Source: Candidatus Velthaea sp. (GTDB lineage: Bacteria; Vulcanimicrobiota; Vulcanimicrobiia; Vulcanimicrobiales; Vulcanimicrobiaceae). Taken from it: a DNA stretch of 54,187 bases. The stretch is from assembly GCA_050012475.1 (NCBI GenBank), contig JBEKHC010000023.1:1-54187 (forward strand), in the 5' to 3' direction. Positions 1 to 10,849 of this stretch are shown here, piece by piece. Numbering within the stretch: position 1 is the stretch's first letter; every line of letters begins with the position of its first letter. The position numbers were made by a program, and so were the translations under genes. A model generated the notes under the pieces. The model did not search any database. It was not told the DNA's origin and saw only the letters and a program-made list of their open reading frames with translations.

Positions 1-1
1 C

Positions 2-967
2 GGGATTGGCGTGGACTTGCGCGATACCGCGCATGATCTGGCGCACCGTGCCCATGACGACCGCGGCTTCCAGTCCGCTGCCCGCAACGTCGCCGATCGA
101 TACCAAGATGCGGCCGTCGACGAGCCGCACGGCATCGTACCAATCCCCGCCGACGTTGGCGTCGTTGGTTCCGACTTCGTACACGGCGTCGAACGAACAC
201 CCCGAAATCGAAGGCAGCCGCGGCGGCAGCGTCGCGCGTTGAAACGAACGCGACCAGACGCGGCTCTGCTCGAAGAGCAAATCGCGTTCGCGCCGAACGG
301 TCTCGGAGCGCATCCGCGCGCGACCGACGCTGACTTGATGCCGGGCGACGAAGGCGATCGAGACGCCGCCCAGCACCACCGCCGCACCAAACAAGAACGC
401 GATGAGGGCCAGCTGCGACTCCGTCGAATCGACGTCGCGTTTGATCCGCGCAGCGATCGCGAAGACCATGGCGTCGCTGGCGTGGCGGAAATCGTCGATC
501 AGCTGCTTCTCGCGAAACTGCAGGTAGCGCGCGAGGGCGGGGGTATGGCGGCGGGAGATCAGCGGACGGGCTACTTCCGATCGCCAGAGCGCGTGCAGAC
601 GCTGCATCTTGGCGACGAGCTCCGTGCCGCCGGCGACGCGCATGTCGCGGGCTCCAGCGCGCAGCCGCGCCAGCGATTCCTCGAGCGCGCGTTCGTTCGA
701 CCGAAATTCGCGCAGCAGCACGGGCCGCCGCAGCGCCGCATATTCGCGCGCGTTCGCGTCGGCGTCGAGCTGGAAACGCAGGCTGGCGGCGCGCTCGCCG
801 ACGAGATGAATGGCACGGCGCTCGAAACTTACCGCATCGTGCAGTTGCCAGATCCCGCAAATGCCCGCGACGAGCGCGAGCAGCAACGTGATTGCCGCGA
901 GCGCCATCGCGGGGATCGGTGTCGCGAGTTTTAACTCACCGACCGATGCGCTCGCCCGTAGCGTCAT
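2..967 (-). CDS. Membrane sensor SpoIIE/PP2C-family phosphatase, partial (3' end runs off the left edge)
   Basis: Absent from the ORF track (no stop in the window). Manual translation from ATG 967: MTLRAS..., TM (AITLLLALVAGICGIW), CHASE3-like helical region, TM (LALIAFLFGAAVVLGG), then FQRATLPPRLP...VGGDWYDAVRLVDGRILVSIGDVAGSGLEAAVVMG...HANP. Confidence 0.9.
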   Translation of the reverse strand, partial: MTLRASASVGELKLATPIPAMALAAITLLLALVAGICGIWQLHDAVSFERRAIHLVGERAASLRFQLDADANAREYAALRRPVLLREFRSNERALEESLARLRAGARDMRVAGGTELVAKMQRLHALWRSEVARPLISRRHTPALARYLQFREKQLIDDFRHASDAMVFAIAARIKRDVDSTESQLALIAFLFGAAVVLGGVSIAFVARHQVSVGRARMRSETVRRERDLLFEQSRVWSRSFQRATLPPRLPSISGCSFDAVYEVGTNDANVGGDWYDAVRLVDGRILVSIGDVAGSGLEAAVVMGTVRQIMRGIAQVHANP

Positions 968-1071
968 GGGTGCGGCTTCGGCTGCCGACCTACTGCTCCT
1001 CGACTGCGTGCGCGCGGCTCGCGCAGCGCGCGCGCAGCGGCGCTGAATCTTAGCCGCTACTTAACGCCGCG

Positions 1072-1853
<782 letters not shown>

Positions 1854-1854
<1 letters not shown>

Positions 1855-2852
1855 CACGCGGTCGCCAAGCGCCGTTTGCGCCAGTGATCGATATACACGA
1901 ACGCGATGAGCAGCGCGCCTTCGACGATGCGCGCAACTTGCGGGTCGAAGTTGAGCAGGTTCAAGCCGTTGGTGAGAATTTGCACGAGCAGCACTCCCAA
2001 GAAGGTGCCGATGATCGAGCCGCGCGCACCGAACAAGCTCGCTCCGCCCAGCACGGCGGCGGCGATCGCGTCGAGTTCGTAGCCGGTGCCCGCGTTGGGA
2101 TCGCCCTGTGCTTGACGCGCGGTCAGCAAGAGTCCGGCGATGCCCGCGAGGAAACCGCTGATCGCATAGACGAACAGCGTCGTGCCGCGCACGTTGATCC
2201 CGGCGCGCCGCGCGCCTTCGAGATTGCTGCCGATGGCGAACACGTGCCGGCCTCGCCGGGTGAGATGCAGCAGATAACCGGCCACGAGCGCGATGAGGAT
2301 CAACATCCAAAACAGCTGCGGGATGCCCAGAAAGTTATCCGCGGCAAAGTCGGTGAAGGCCGAATTGCCGAAGCCGATCTGTTGGCCGTTGCCGAAGATC
2401 TGGGTGAAGCCGCGCAGGATGCCCAGCATCCCCAGCGTGACGATGAACGGCGGCAGCGCCGCCGTGTCGATGAGCAGCCCGTTGAAGAGTCCGAGCAGAG
2501 TCGCGATGACGAGTACGCCGGCGAGCGCGAGCGGAATGGCGATCCCGTGACTGAGTGCCAGCGCGATGAGGATGCCGCTGAAGCCCAACATCGATCCGAC
2601 CGACAGATCGATGCCGGCCGTGATGATGACGAACGTTTCGCCGATCGCCAGAATGCCGATGACGGCCATCTGACGTTCGTTGTTTTCGAGATTCTGCGGA
2701 CTGAGAAAGCCGGGCGCCGTGAGCGTAAAGACGATCGCCAGCACGATCACGATGCCCAGCAATCCCAAGCGCAGCGCGACGTCGAGACTCAGGCGCGGGC
2801 GCGCCGCTGCACGAGGGTCCGCCGGCGGCGCGCCTGTCGCCGATTGCGACAC
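1854..2852 (-). CDS. Sugar ABC transporter permease (RbsC-like)
   Basis: Multiple TM helices; GIDLSVG, PPFIVTLG, AIGSNLEGARRAGI, YELDAIAAAVLGG motifs. Confidence 0.95.
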
Positions 2853-2886
2853 CAGCCTTAGTGTCCCGACTCAGAAGTTCGTGGCA

Positions 2887-3933
2887 CTAGCTGAAGCCGA
2901 AGTGACGCTGCGTCATCGGATTGAGCAGCGCTTGGGTGAGCGCGGAGTTCGCGTTGTCCGGCGTGGCCGCGGTGACGCCGGTGTTGAGGAACTTGGGCAC
3001 GTTGATCCCGGCTGCTGCGACGATCCCGTACAGCACCCCGCCGAAACCCATCTGATAGGGGTCCTGCAGGATGATGCCGTCGACCGCGCCGGCCTTGAGG
3101 TCGGCGACCAGCTTCGTCGACGGATCGAAGCCGACCAGCGAGATTTTCTTGGGGTCCGCATGGTTCTCGCGAAACGCCGTGGCCGCGCCTTCGAGCGTGT
3201 AGAGGTTGTCGGCGAACACGCCGGCGAGCTTCGGAAACCGCGTGAGCAAATCCGAGACGACGCCGATGGGCTTCTGGGACTGATCGCCGCCCGCGTCCTG
3301 ATGGCCGACCACCGAGATTTGCGGGTAGGCCTTGATGCCGTCGAGGAAGCCCTGGTCGCGCTGCGTGAGCGATCCGACGCCGCTTAGAAACGTCACGTAC
3401 GCAACCTGTCCGGCCGCCTGACCGGTCTTCTTTTTGATCGCTTCGGCCAGCGTCTTGGCGGCCAGCACGCCGCCGGCGTGATTGTCGGTGGCCAGGAACG
3501 CGTCGAAGTTGTCGGTGTTGGCGCTCGAATCGATGAGGATCGTTTTGATCCCCGCTTTGTAAACTTTGTCGATCGTGGCGTCGAGCGCATTGGCGCTGGT
3601 CGGAGCGAGCACGAGAAAATCGGGCTTCTTGGCCAACGCGTCCTCGACCAGCGCGATTTGGCCCTGGATGTTGGCCTCGGAATTGGCCCCGGTGAATTGC
3701 AGCCCTTTGAGCCCGAGCTGCTCCTGCGCCGCCTTGCCGCCGGCGATACAAGTCTGCCAATAGTCGGAATTTACGGTCTTGACGATGAACACGAAGCGCA
3801 GATCGGTCAACGATTTACCGGCGGCGAGGGCGGCGTTTGCTACCAGCGAGCCGCCTGTTGCAGTGAGCGCTCCGAGTGCCGAGCCGAGGCCAAGAAAGCC
3901 GGCGCGGTTAAAAGTCCCGTTTCGATCGGTCAT
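2887..3933 (-). CDS. Sugar ABC substrate-binding protein (RbsB-like) with Tat-like signal
   Basis: KTVNSDYW, ATDNHAGG, LVGFD, ILQDPYQMG motifs; N-terminal FNRAGFLGLG followed by a hydrophobic stretch. Confidence 0.93.
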   Translation of the reverse strand: MTDRNGTFNRAGFLGLGSALGALTATGGSLVANAALAAGKSLTDLRFVFIVKTVNSDYWQTCIAGGKAAQEQLGLKGLQFTGANSEANIQGQIALVEDALAKKPDFLVLAPTSANALDATIDKVYKAGIKTILIDSSANTDNFDAFLATDNHAGGVLAAKTLAEAIKKKTGQAAGQVAYVTFLSGVGSLTQRDQGFLDGIKAYPQISVVGHQDAGGDQSQKPIGVVSDLLTRFPKLAGVFADNLYTLEGAATAFRENHADPKKISLVGFDPSTKLVADLKAGAVDGIILQDPYQMGFGGVLYGIVAAAGINVPKFLNTGVTAATPDNANSALTQALLNPMTQRHFGFS

Positions 3934-4010
3934 GGGTGTTCTCCAAAAAATGACGGGCGAGAGAACATTTCTCCGGCGAAGTGCGTTGGCGAAGGAAAAC
4001 CTTTACTGCG

Positions 4011-4040
4011 ACGTTAGCCGCAGCGTTACAAACTTGTCAA
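4011..4040 (-). promoter_or_regulatory. Putative sigma70 promoter of the ABC operon
   Basis: TTGACA-N18-TAACGT on the minus strand; the spacer holds TGTAACGCT, resembling a LacI-family half-site. Confidence 0.45.
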
Positions 4041-4105
4041 GCCATCTTAACCCGGAGCCGGCCGCCGCGCCGGTGCCGGCGACGGCGGTAGTGAAATTGA
4101 GGCAC

Positions 4106-5323
4106 ATGGCGACCCTGAACATCTCATCGGATTCCGTTCGCGCAGCGGCCCAACGCATCGCTTCGGGCATACAGCGCACGCCGGCCTCGTTCTCGCGCGC
4201 GCTTTCGGCGGTGACCGGGGCCGACGTTACGCTCAAGATCGAGACGCGCCAAACGACGGGGTCGTACAAAGAGCGCGGAGCGCTCAACGCGATGCTGATG
4301 CTCGGGGCCGAGCAGCGCGAGCGCGGCGTGGTGACGATGTCGGCGGGCAATCACGGGCAGGCGGTGGCGTATCACGGAATGCGGCTGGGAATCGGCACCA
4401 CCGTCGTGATGCCGCAGACGACACCGTTCCTCAAGATCCGCCGGACCCGCGACTTCGGCGCGACCGTGGTGCTGACGGGCGACACCTTCGACGAAGCGGC
4501 GGACTACGCACGCTCGCTTGCCGAACGGACGGGCGCGACGATCGTGCACCCCTATGACGATGCGCAGGTCATCGCCGGGCAGGGCACCGCGACGCTCGAA
4601 CTGCTCGAAGACGGCGGCGACTTCGACGTCTTGCTCGTCCCCGTCGGCGGCGGCGGACTCATCGCAGGTGCCGTGCTGGCTGCGATGGCGGCGAATTCAC
4701 GCGCCGAGGTCGTGGCGGTCCAATCCGCGTTCTATCCCAGCATCGTCACGGCTCGCGATGGGTTGGCCGACGGGGTGGGCGGGCCGACGATCGCCGAGGG
4801 CATCGCGGTCAAGCGCATGGGTGCGCTGCCGCTGGCGGTCATCCGGGATGTCGTGCGCGAGGTCATCACCGTTTCCGAAGCAGCGATCGAGACCGCGATC
4901 GTGACCCTGATCGAAGAAGAGAAGCTGGTGAGCGAAGGCGCCGGCGCGGCAGGTGTGGCAGCGCTCCTCGCCGATCCCGGGCGCTTCACCGGGTTGCGGG
5001 TCGGGACGCTCGTCTGCGGCGGCAATATCGATCCGGGGATGCTCGCGTCGGTCATCGTGCGGCATCGGATGCGTTCGGGCCGCGTGATCCGCATTCGCGT
5101 TCACATGGTCGACAAGCCGGGCGAACTGGCAGCGGTTGCAACCGCGATCAGTGCTGCCCGGGCCAACGTTTTGGACGTGACGCATCACCGCGTGTTCGGC
5201 AGCATCTCGGCCAAGCACGCCGAACTCGATCTCACCGTCGAAGTCGAGCGCCCCGAAGACGTCAAAGCGATCATGGCGTCACTGAAGGGGTGCGGCTTCG
5301 ACGCGGAAGTCGTGACCGAATGA
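4106..5323 (+). CDS. ilvA: Threonine ammonia-lyase with C-terminal ACT domain
   Basis: PLP lysine motif TGSYKERGA, SAGNHGQ, PVGGGGL, EGAGA, CGGNID; ACT motif DKPGELA. Confidence 0.9.
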   Translation: MATLNISSDSVRAAAQRIASGIQRTPASFSRALSAVTGADVTLKIETRQTTGSYKERGALNAMLMLGAEQRERGVVTMSAGNHGQAVAYHGMRLGIGTTVVMPQTTPFLKIRRTRDFGATVVLTGDTFDEAADYARSLAERTGATIVHPYDDAQVIAGQGTATLELLEDGGDFDVLLVPVGGGGLIAGAVLAAMAANSRAEVVAVQSAFYPSIVTARDGLADGVGGPTIAEGIAVKRMGALPLAVIRDVVREVITVSEAAIETAIVTLIEEEKLVSEGAGAAGVAALLADPGRFTGLRVGTLVCGGNIDPGMLASVIVRHRMRSGRVIRIRVHMVDKPGELAAVATAISAARANVLDVTHHRVFGSISAKHAELDLTVEVERPEDVKAIMASLKGCGFDAEVVTE

Positions 5324-5327
5324 TACC

Positions 5328-5793
5328 TTATGGCAAGGCGCGCGCGCATTCGACGATTAGGGCATACGCGAGATGCGAGACAACCGCATTGGAACGCTCA
5401 CCGATGCTGTAGCGCGACCACGGCCGCCCCAACTTCAAGAGTGGAATCAAGATCCGATCGCTCAGCAGCCAGAGCGCGATGCCGAAGGCCGCTCCGCGCA
5501 GCAGTGACGGCCGCCGGCCGGGCCAGAGCCGCAGATACGCCGTCGCAAATGCCACTGGCGAAAAAGTAATGAACGACGTGCCCGGTCGCGGCGGCGTTCG
5601 CCCTCGGGAAGATTCGCGGGGCGAGATTTCCGAGCAACGTGACGACCCGGCCGATCGCCTCTGTTTCTTCATCCTGTTCGTCGTTTGCCCGATGCTGCTC
5701 GAAGGTTCGGGCCCAGGCGTACTGGACGATGTCCATCGCCAGCGAGCCGGCGCTGCCGCCGGCGATCGGGGCGTACAAGCGGCAGCGCGGCAT
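5328..5793 (-). pseudogene. DUF1440-like membrane protein split by a 1-nt frameshift
   Basis: N-half (GGSAGSLAMDIVQ...GHVVHYFF) and C-half (VAFATAY...GAAFGIALWLLSD...SHLAYA) lie in adjacent frames and join near 5555-5565. Confidence 0.7.
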
Positions 5794-5837
5794 CACCTGA
5801 ACGTAGACGACGGTGCAGGGTCGCCGGTTTCGCGACG

Positions 5838-5963
5838 TTAAGCCAGGTGCGGAACCGCGCGGGTCGGCGCGGTGCGCCGTGTCGACTGCGCGCGATACAT
5901 CGCGAAGATCCCGCAAAACACGATCGGGAACGTCGTAGCGAACTGAAGACCGGACAAGGTCAT
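5838..5963 (-). CDS. Small (41 aa) single-TM protein
   Basis: MTLSGLQFATTFPIVFCGIFAMYRAQSTRR...; strong SD AAGGAG 8 nt before the ATG. Confidence 0.55.
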   Translation of the reverse strand: MTLSGLQFATTFPIVFCGIFAMYRAQSTRRTAPTRAVPHLA

Positions 5964-6124
5964 GACGTTGTCTCCTTGTCCGTAGTATCGTACGCCGTGC
6001 TGGGTCGGCGAAGCGCGCACCAAGCACGGGGAAGAAAATTTACGCTTTGCGTGACCCGGGCAGAAGCCCCGCCGTACGGTGTCGAACGGACGGCGGACTA
6101 TCACACCGGCATCGGGAGAATTGC

Positions 6125-7948
6125 ATGGTTGAAACAGAAACGGCGCCGCCGGCGGTCGCGGACACGCCGACGATGCGGGCGACCGCGTGGCTTCGCTCAT
6201 TCGAAGATGCGCTCGTCCGCACCGACGTCGCGGCCGCCGCGGCGCTTTTCGTCGAGCAGAGTTACTGGCGCGATCTGGTCTCATTCACGTGGAACATCAC
6301 GACGCTCGAAGGCCGCGCCGGCATCTCGGCGATGCTGCTGGCAAATCTTCCCGGCGTTGCGCCCAGCGGCTTTCGCCTCGACGGCGAGGCGACCGAAGCC
6401 GGCGGCGTGATCGAAGCCTGGTTCACGTTCGAGACGGCAGTTGGGCGCGGCGAGGGCCTGGCGCGACTGAAAGCCGACGGCTGCTGGACGCTCTTGACCG
6501 CGCTCTACGAACTCAAAGGCTTCGAGGAACGCAAGGGCGAGACGCGCGAGCGCGGTGCCGAACACGGCGCCGAACGCGACCGCAAGAGTTGGCTGGAACG
6601 CAAGACGCGCGAAGAAGCCGAACTGGGCTACACGCGGCAGCCGTATTGCGTCGTGATCGGCGGCGGCCAGGGCGGTATCGGCTTGGGCGCGCGTCTCAAA
6701 CGGCTGGGCGTGCCGACGCTCATCATCGACAAGCACGAACGGCCGGGCGATGCGTGGCGCAAACGCTACAAGTCACTGTGCTTGCACGACCCGGTATGGT
6801 ACGACCATCTTCCCTATTTGCCGTTTCCCGATCACTGGCCGGTCTTCGCGCCCAAAGACAAGATCGGCGATTGGCTCGAGATGTACGCCAAGGTCATGGA
6901 GCTCAACTATTGGTCGGCGACCACGTGCAAAAGTGCGGCATACGATGAAACCACCCGAGAATGGACGCTCGTCGTCGACCGCGACGGAGAACCGGTGACG
7001 CTGCATCCCAAGCAGCTCGTGCTTGCGACGGGCATGTCCGGCATCCCCAATATCCCCGTCTATCCGGGCGCCGAGACGTTCGCGGGCGTGCAGCACCATT
7101 CGAGCAGCCACCCCGGCGGCGAGGAATTCGCCGGGAAAAAATGTGTCGTGATCGGATCGAATAACTCAGCGCACGACATCTGCGCGGATCTGTGGGAACA
7201 CGGCGCCGACGTCACGATGGTTCAGCGTTCGTCGACCCATATCGCGCGCTCGGACACGCTCATGGACCTGGCGCTAGGCGGGCTGTACTCCGAGCGAGCC
7301 GTGAAGTCGGGCGTGACGACCAAGAAAGCCGATCTCATCTTCGCCTCGATCCCGTATCGCCTCATGGCCGAGTTCAACATCCCGGTTTACAAGCAGATGG
7401 CCGAACGCGATGCGGACTTCTATGATCGCTTGACCAAGGCGGGGTTCATGCTCGATTTCGGCGACGACGGTTCGGGGCTGTTCATGAAATATTTGCGCCG
7501 CGGATCGGGCTATTATATCGACGTCGGTGCCTCGGAGTTGGTCGCCAGCGGTGAGATCAAACTCAAGAGCGGCGTCGACGTCGTCGAAATCAAACCGCAT
7601 TCCATCGTGCTCAGCGACGGGACGGAACTGCCTGCCGATCTCATCGTCTACGCGACGGGCTATGGTTCGATGAACGGTTGGGCGGCAAAACTGATCTCGC
7701 AAGAAGTTGCCGACAAGGTTGGCAAGTGTTGGGGACTTGGCTCGGATACTTCCAAGGACCCCGGGCCGTGGGAAGGCGAGCTGCGCAACATGTGGAAGCC
7801 GACGCGCCAAGAAGCGCTATGGTTCCACGGCGGCAACCTGCACCAGTCGCGGCACTACTCGCTGTATCTCGCACTCCAACTCAAAGCGCGAATGGAAGGC
7901 ATTCCAACGCCCGTGTACGCGCTGGCCGAGGTGCATCACACCAAGTAA
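6125..7948 (+). CDS. Flavin-containing monooxygenase (type II FMO-like, N-terminal NTF2/SnoaL-like extension)
   Basis: GGGQGG Rossmann motif, WRKRYKSLCLH, LATG, FAGVQHHSS, GSNNSAHD, YATGY; SD GGGAGA. Confidence 0.9.
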   Translation: MVETETAPPAVADTPTMRATAWLRSFEDALVRTDVAAAAALFVEQSYWRDLVSFTWNITTLEGRAGISAMLLANLPGVAPSGFRLDGEATEAGGVIEAWFTFETAVGRGEGLARLKADGCWTLLTALYELKGFEERKGETRERGAEHGAERDRKSWLERKTREEAELGYTRQPYCVVIGGGQGGIGLGARLKRLGVPTLIIDKHERPGDAWRKRYKSLCLHDPVWYDHLPYLPFPDHWPVFAPKDKIGDWLEMYAKVMELNYWSATTCKSAAYDETTREWTLVVDRDGEPVTLHPKQLVLATGMSGIPNIPVYPGAETFAGVQHHSSSHPGGEEFAGKKCVVIGSNNSAHDICADLWEHGADVTMVQRSSTHIARSDTLMDLALGGLYSERAVKSGVTTKKADLIFASIPYRLMAEFNIPVYKQMAERDADFYDRLTKAGFMLDFGDDGSGLFMKYLRRGSGYYIDVGASELVASGEIKLKSGVDVVEIKPHSIVLSDGTELPADLIVYATGYGSMNGWAAKLISQEVADKVGKCWGLGSDTSKDPGPWEGELRNMWKPTRQEALWFHGGNLHQSRHYSLYLALQLKARMEGIPTPVYALAEVHHTK

Positions 7949-8050
7949 CGAGCGCCGGCGCGCGGCTCGACAGTCGCTGCGCGCCGAATCTTTACCCTCG
8001 CGCGACAAAGACTTGCCGCGCGAGGGTTGCGGCGCGAACGCACGGGCGGC

Positions 8051-10834
8051 ATGCTGAACAGCGTGAGTCTCAGTCTGCTCCTCACCAGCGAGGTCGCGTA
8101 TCGTTTGCTCGTCGGCGGCGAGATCGAACTCGCGGTCTTCCTCATCGAGGCCGACGGGACGGTCGCCACCTGGAACGCGCCGGCGCAACGCGTCGCCGGA
8201 TTCGAGCCATGCGAGATCATCGGTCAGCCGGTTGCCCGGATGTTTCCCGCGCCGGATATCGCGCGCGGCGAGCCCGACCGCATCTTGAGCGAAGCGCGTA
8301 AAACCGGACACTACAAGGGCACGGGCTGGCGCATTCGCAAGGACGGCAGCCGCTACTGGGCGAGCGTCGTGATCGACGCGCTGCACGACGACGACGGTCA
8401 GCTGATCGGGTTCGCGCAGCTCATGCGCGACGTAACCGAACGCTCCATCAAGGGCGATCAGCGCCGCGCGATCGTCGACGCTGCTGCCGAGGGCATCCTC
8501 ATCATCGACGAAACCGGCGCGGTCGTTTTGGCGAACCAGCAGGCGGAACGGCTGTTGGGCTACGCTCCGGGAGCGCTGGCGGGGCTCGCGATCGAGCGGC
8601 TCTTGGTGCCGGATCCGAGCGCCCGGGAAGCACCGGCGAATTCCGCAGACGCGGACTGCGCGACACTGGCGGAACTGCGCACGAACGGCGAGCTTTCCGG
8701 ACGACGCCGTGACGGCGATCGGATCCCGCTCGCCGTGCGCTTCAATGTGACGGCGACGGCAAGCGGTTCGGTCACGGTGGCGGCGTTCACGGATATCAGC
8801 GAACGGCGTCGAGCCGAGGCGGAACGCCGGCGTTCGGAAGCAGCGCTGGTCCGAGCGAACCGCTTGATGTCGATGGCCGAAGAGATCGCGCGTTGCGGTC
8901 ACTGGCACGTCGATCTCGTCACCGGCAACGTCACCTGGTCGGACGACGTGTACCGAACGTTCGGCCTTTCGCCGGCAACCTACACGCCGGAGGTCAAGAC
9001 GAACGTCGCGGCGTTCGATCCCAACGGCGTCGACGTTGTCGCCGTCATGGCCCAAGCCGCGCGCGACGGCCTCCCGTATACGTTCGAGACGCGCGTCCGC
9101 CGTCCGGACGGAACGTTTCGCGACGTGCGCTGCGCCGGACGTCCCGAACTCGATGCCGCCGGCCGGGCCGTTGCGATCGTCGGGATCATCCAAGACATCA
9201 CCGAGGCCAAGAATGTCGAGCGCGAACGCGAGCGCCTGCTCGAGCGGGTAACGCTGGCGAACCAAGCAGCCAACGTCGGAATTTGGGAATGGTCGCTCGT
9301 CAGTGGGGCGTTGACCTGGGACGCGCAAATGTTCGTGCTCTACGGACTCGATCCGGCCGGACCGGTGCCGACGCTCGAACAGTGGCAAGATTCGATCTGG
9401 CCCGGCGATCGTGGGCGAATCGTCTGCGAGCTGAGCAGCGCGCTGGCAAAACGCGCGCCGTTCGATTTCGAGTTTCGGATCGCCGGGCCCAATGGCGAAA
9501 TCCGCACCATCCGCGGACAGGGGACCGTCGTCTGCGATACGGCCGGCGAGGTCATGCGCATGGTCGGCACCAACACGGATATTTCCGAGTTGCGCAACCT
9601 TTCCGAGCAGCTGCAGGAAGAACGGGCGCGCCAGCTCGCCTACGAACGCGAACGTCTCTACGAACGCGAGCGAAAATGGTCGACGACATTCCAGCGCGCG
9701 GTGCTGCCGTTGGCGCTGCCGGAGGTCGCCGGATGTACGTTCGATGCACTCTACGAGCCGGGGCTGGGTGAAGCGCAAGTGGGCGGCGACTGGTATGACG
9801 CGGTGCACCTCATCGATGGCCGGATCCTCGTTTCCATCGGCGACGTCGCGGGCAGCGGACTCGAAGCCGCCGTGGTCGTCGGCGTGGCACGCCAGATCAT
9901 GCGCGGCATCTCGCAGCTTCACGCCAACCCGATGCTCATTCTCGACGCCGCCGACCGCGCGTTGTGTCTGGAATATCCGGGCGTGTACGTTTCGGCGTGG
10001 GTCGGTCTGATCGATCTCGTGACCCGCACGATCACCTATGCCTCGGCGGGGCATCCGCCGCCGCTCCTGGTCTCGAGCACCGGCAAGGTGCGCGAACTCG
10101 ACGATGCGAGTACCCTATTGATCGGCCTGCGCGAGAACCATTACGGTCAGGCGAGCGCGGTTGCGCTCGAACCGAACGATACGCTCGTGCTCTACACGGA
10201 CGGACTCACGGAGGCCGGGCGCGATGTCATCGCGGGCGGCCTGTCGCTGCGCGAAGCTGCGGCGGCCTACGCACCGGAGCCCTATCGCCGGCCGGCCGGC
10301 GCCATCCGCAGCCAAGTCATTCCGACGGGTTCACTCGACGACGTCGCGCTGCTGGTCGTCCGCACCGACGTGCTTGCCGCCGAACGATGTATCGAGCGCT
10401 GGCGCTTCGACGTTCGCGATGCCGGCGCGGCCGGTGCGGCGCGCGCGCAGTTCGTCGCGTCGCTCGAGCGCCGCGCGTTCAGTACCGAAGAGCGCGCTGC
10501 GGCCGAATTGGTGTTCAGCGAATTGATCGGCAACGTGGTGCGGCACGCCGCGCAGACCACCGAAGTGGAAGTTGCGGTCGATCACGGTGGACCGCACAGC
10601 GTGCTGCACGTGTTGGACCGCGGCAGCGGCTTCTATCATGTCGGGCGCTTACCGTCCGACCCGTACGCCGAAAACGGACGCGGTCTGTTCCTCGTCGCGG
10701 CCCTGAGCGTGGACTTTACCGTTTCCGAACGTCCCGACGGCGGCAGTCACGCGCGCGTCGTTCTGCGCCGCGATGCCGCAGCGCGCGCCGCCCAGCGACG
10801 GCCGGCGCGACAAACGGCCGGCGCGAGCGCGTAG
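8051..10834 (+). CDS. Multi-PAS SpoIIE/PP2C phosphatase with C-terminal RsbW-like HATPase domain
   Basis: Four PAS/PAC repeats (RKDGSRYW, RRRDG, RRPDG, GPNGEIR); GGDWYD, IGDVAGSG, SAGHPPP, YTDGLTE, DDVA; SELIGNVVRHA...DRGSG...GRGLFLV. Confidence 0.92.
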   Translation: MLNSVSLSLLLTSEVAYRLLVGGEIELAVFLIEADGTVATWNAPAQRVAGFEPCEIIGQPVARMFPAPDIARGEPDRILSEARKTGHYKGTGWRIRKDGSRYWASVVIDALHDDDGQLIGFAQLMRDVTERSIKGDQRRAIVDAAAEGILIIDETGAVVLANQQAERLLGYAPGALAGLAIERLLVPDPSAREAPANSADADCATLAELRTNGELSGRRRDGDRIPLAVRFNVTATASGSVTVAAFTDISERRRAEAERRRSEAALVRANRLMSMAEEIARCGHWHVDLVTGNVTWSDDVYRTFGLSPATYTPEVKTNVAAFDPNGVDVVAVMAQAARDGLPYTFETRVRRPDGTFRDVRCAGRPELDAAGRAVAIVGIIQDITEAKNVERERERLLERVTLANQAANVGIWEWSLVSGALTWDAQMFVLYGLDPAGPVPTLEQWQDSIWPGDRGRIVCELSSALAKRAPFDFEFRIAGPNGEIRTIRGQGTVVCDTAGEVMRMVGTNTDISELRNLSEQLQEERARQLAYERERLYERERKWSTTFQRAVLPLALPEVAGCTFDALYEPGLGEAQVGGDWYDAVHLIDGRILVSIGDVAGSGLEAAVVVGVARQIMRGISQLHANPMLILDAADRALCLEYPGVYVSAWVGLIDLVTRTITYASAGHPPPLLVSSTGKVRELDDASTLLIGLRENHYGQASAVALEPNDTLVLYTDGLTEAGRDVIAGGLSLREAAAAYAPEPYRRPAGAIRSQVIPTGSLDDVALLVVRTDVLAAERCIERWRFDVRDAGAAGAARAQFVASLERRAFSTEERAAAELVFSELIGNVVRHAAQTTEVEVAVDHGGPHSVLHVLDRGSGFYHVGRLPSDPYAENGRGLFLVAALSVDFTVSERPDGGSHARVVLRRDAAARAAQRRPARQTAGASA

Positions 10835-10849
10835 GTCCGGCTCCCGTCG

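Noticed and set aside
11..934. 307-aa plus-strand ORF and other long antisense ORFs (e.g. 7817-10054, 12886-14748, 43571-45304)
   Set aside because: Shadow frames of real opposite-strand genes in high-GC DNA; Arg-rich with no motifs.
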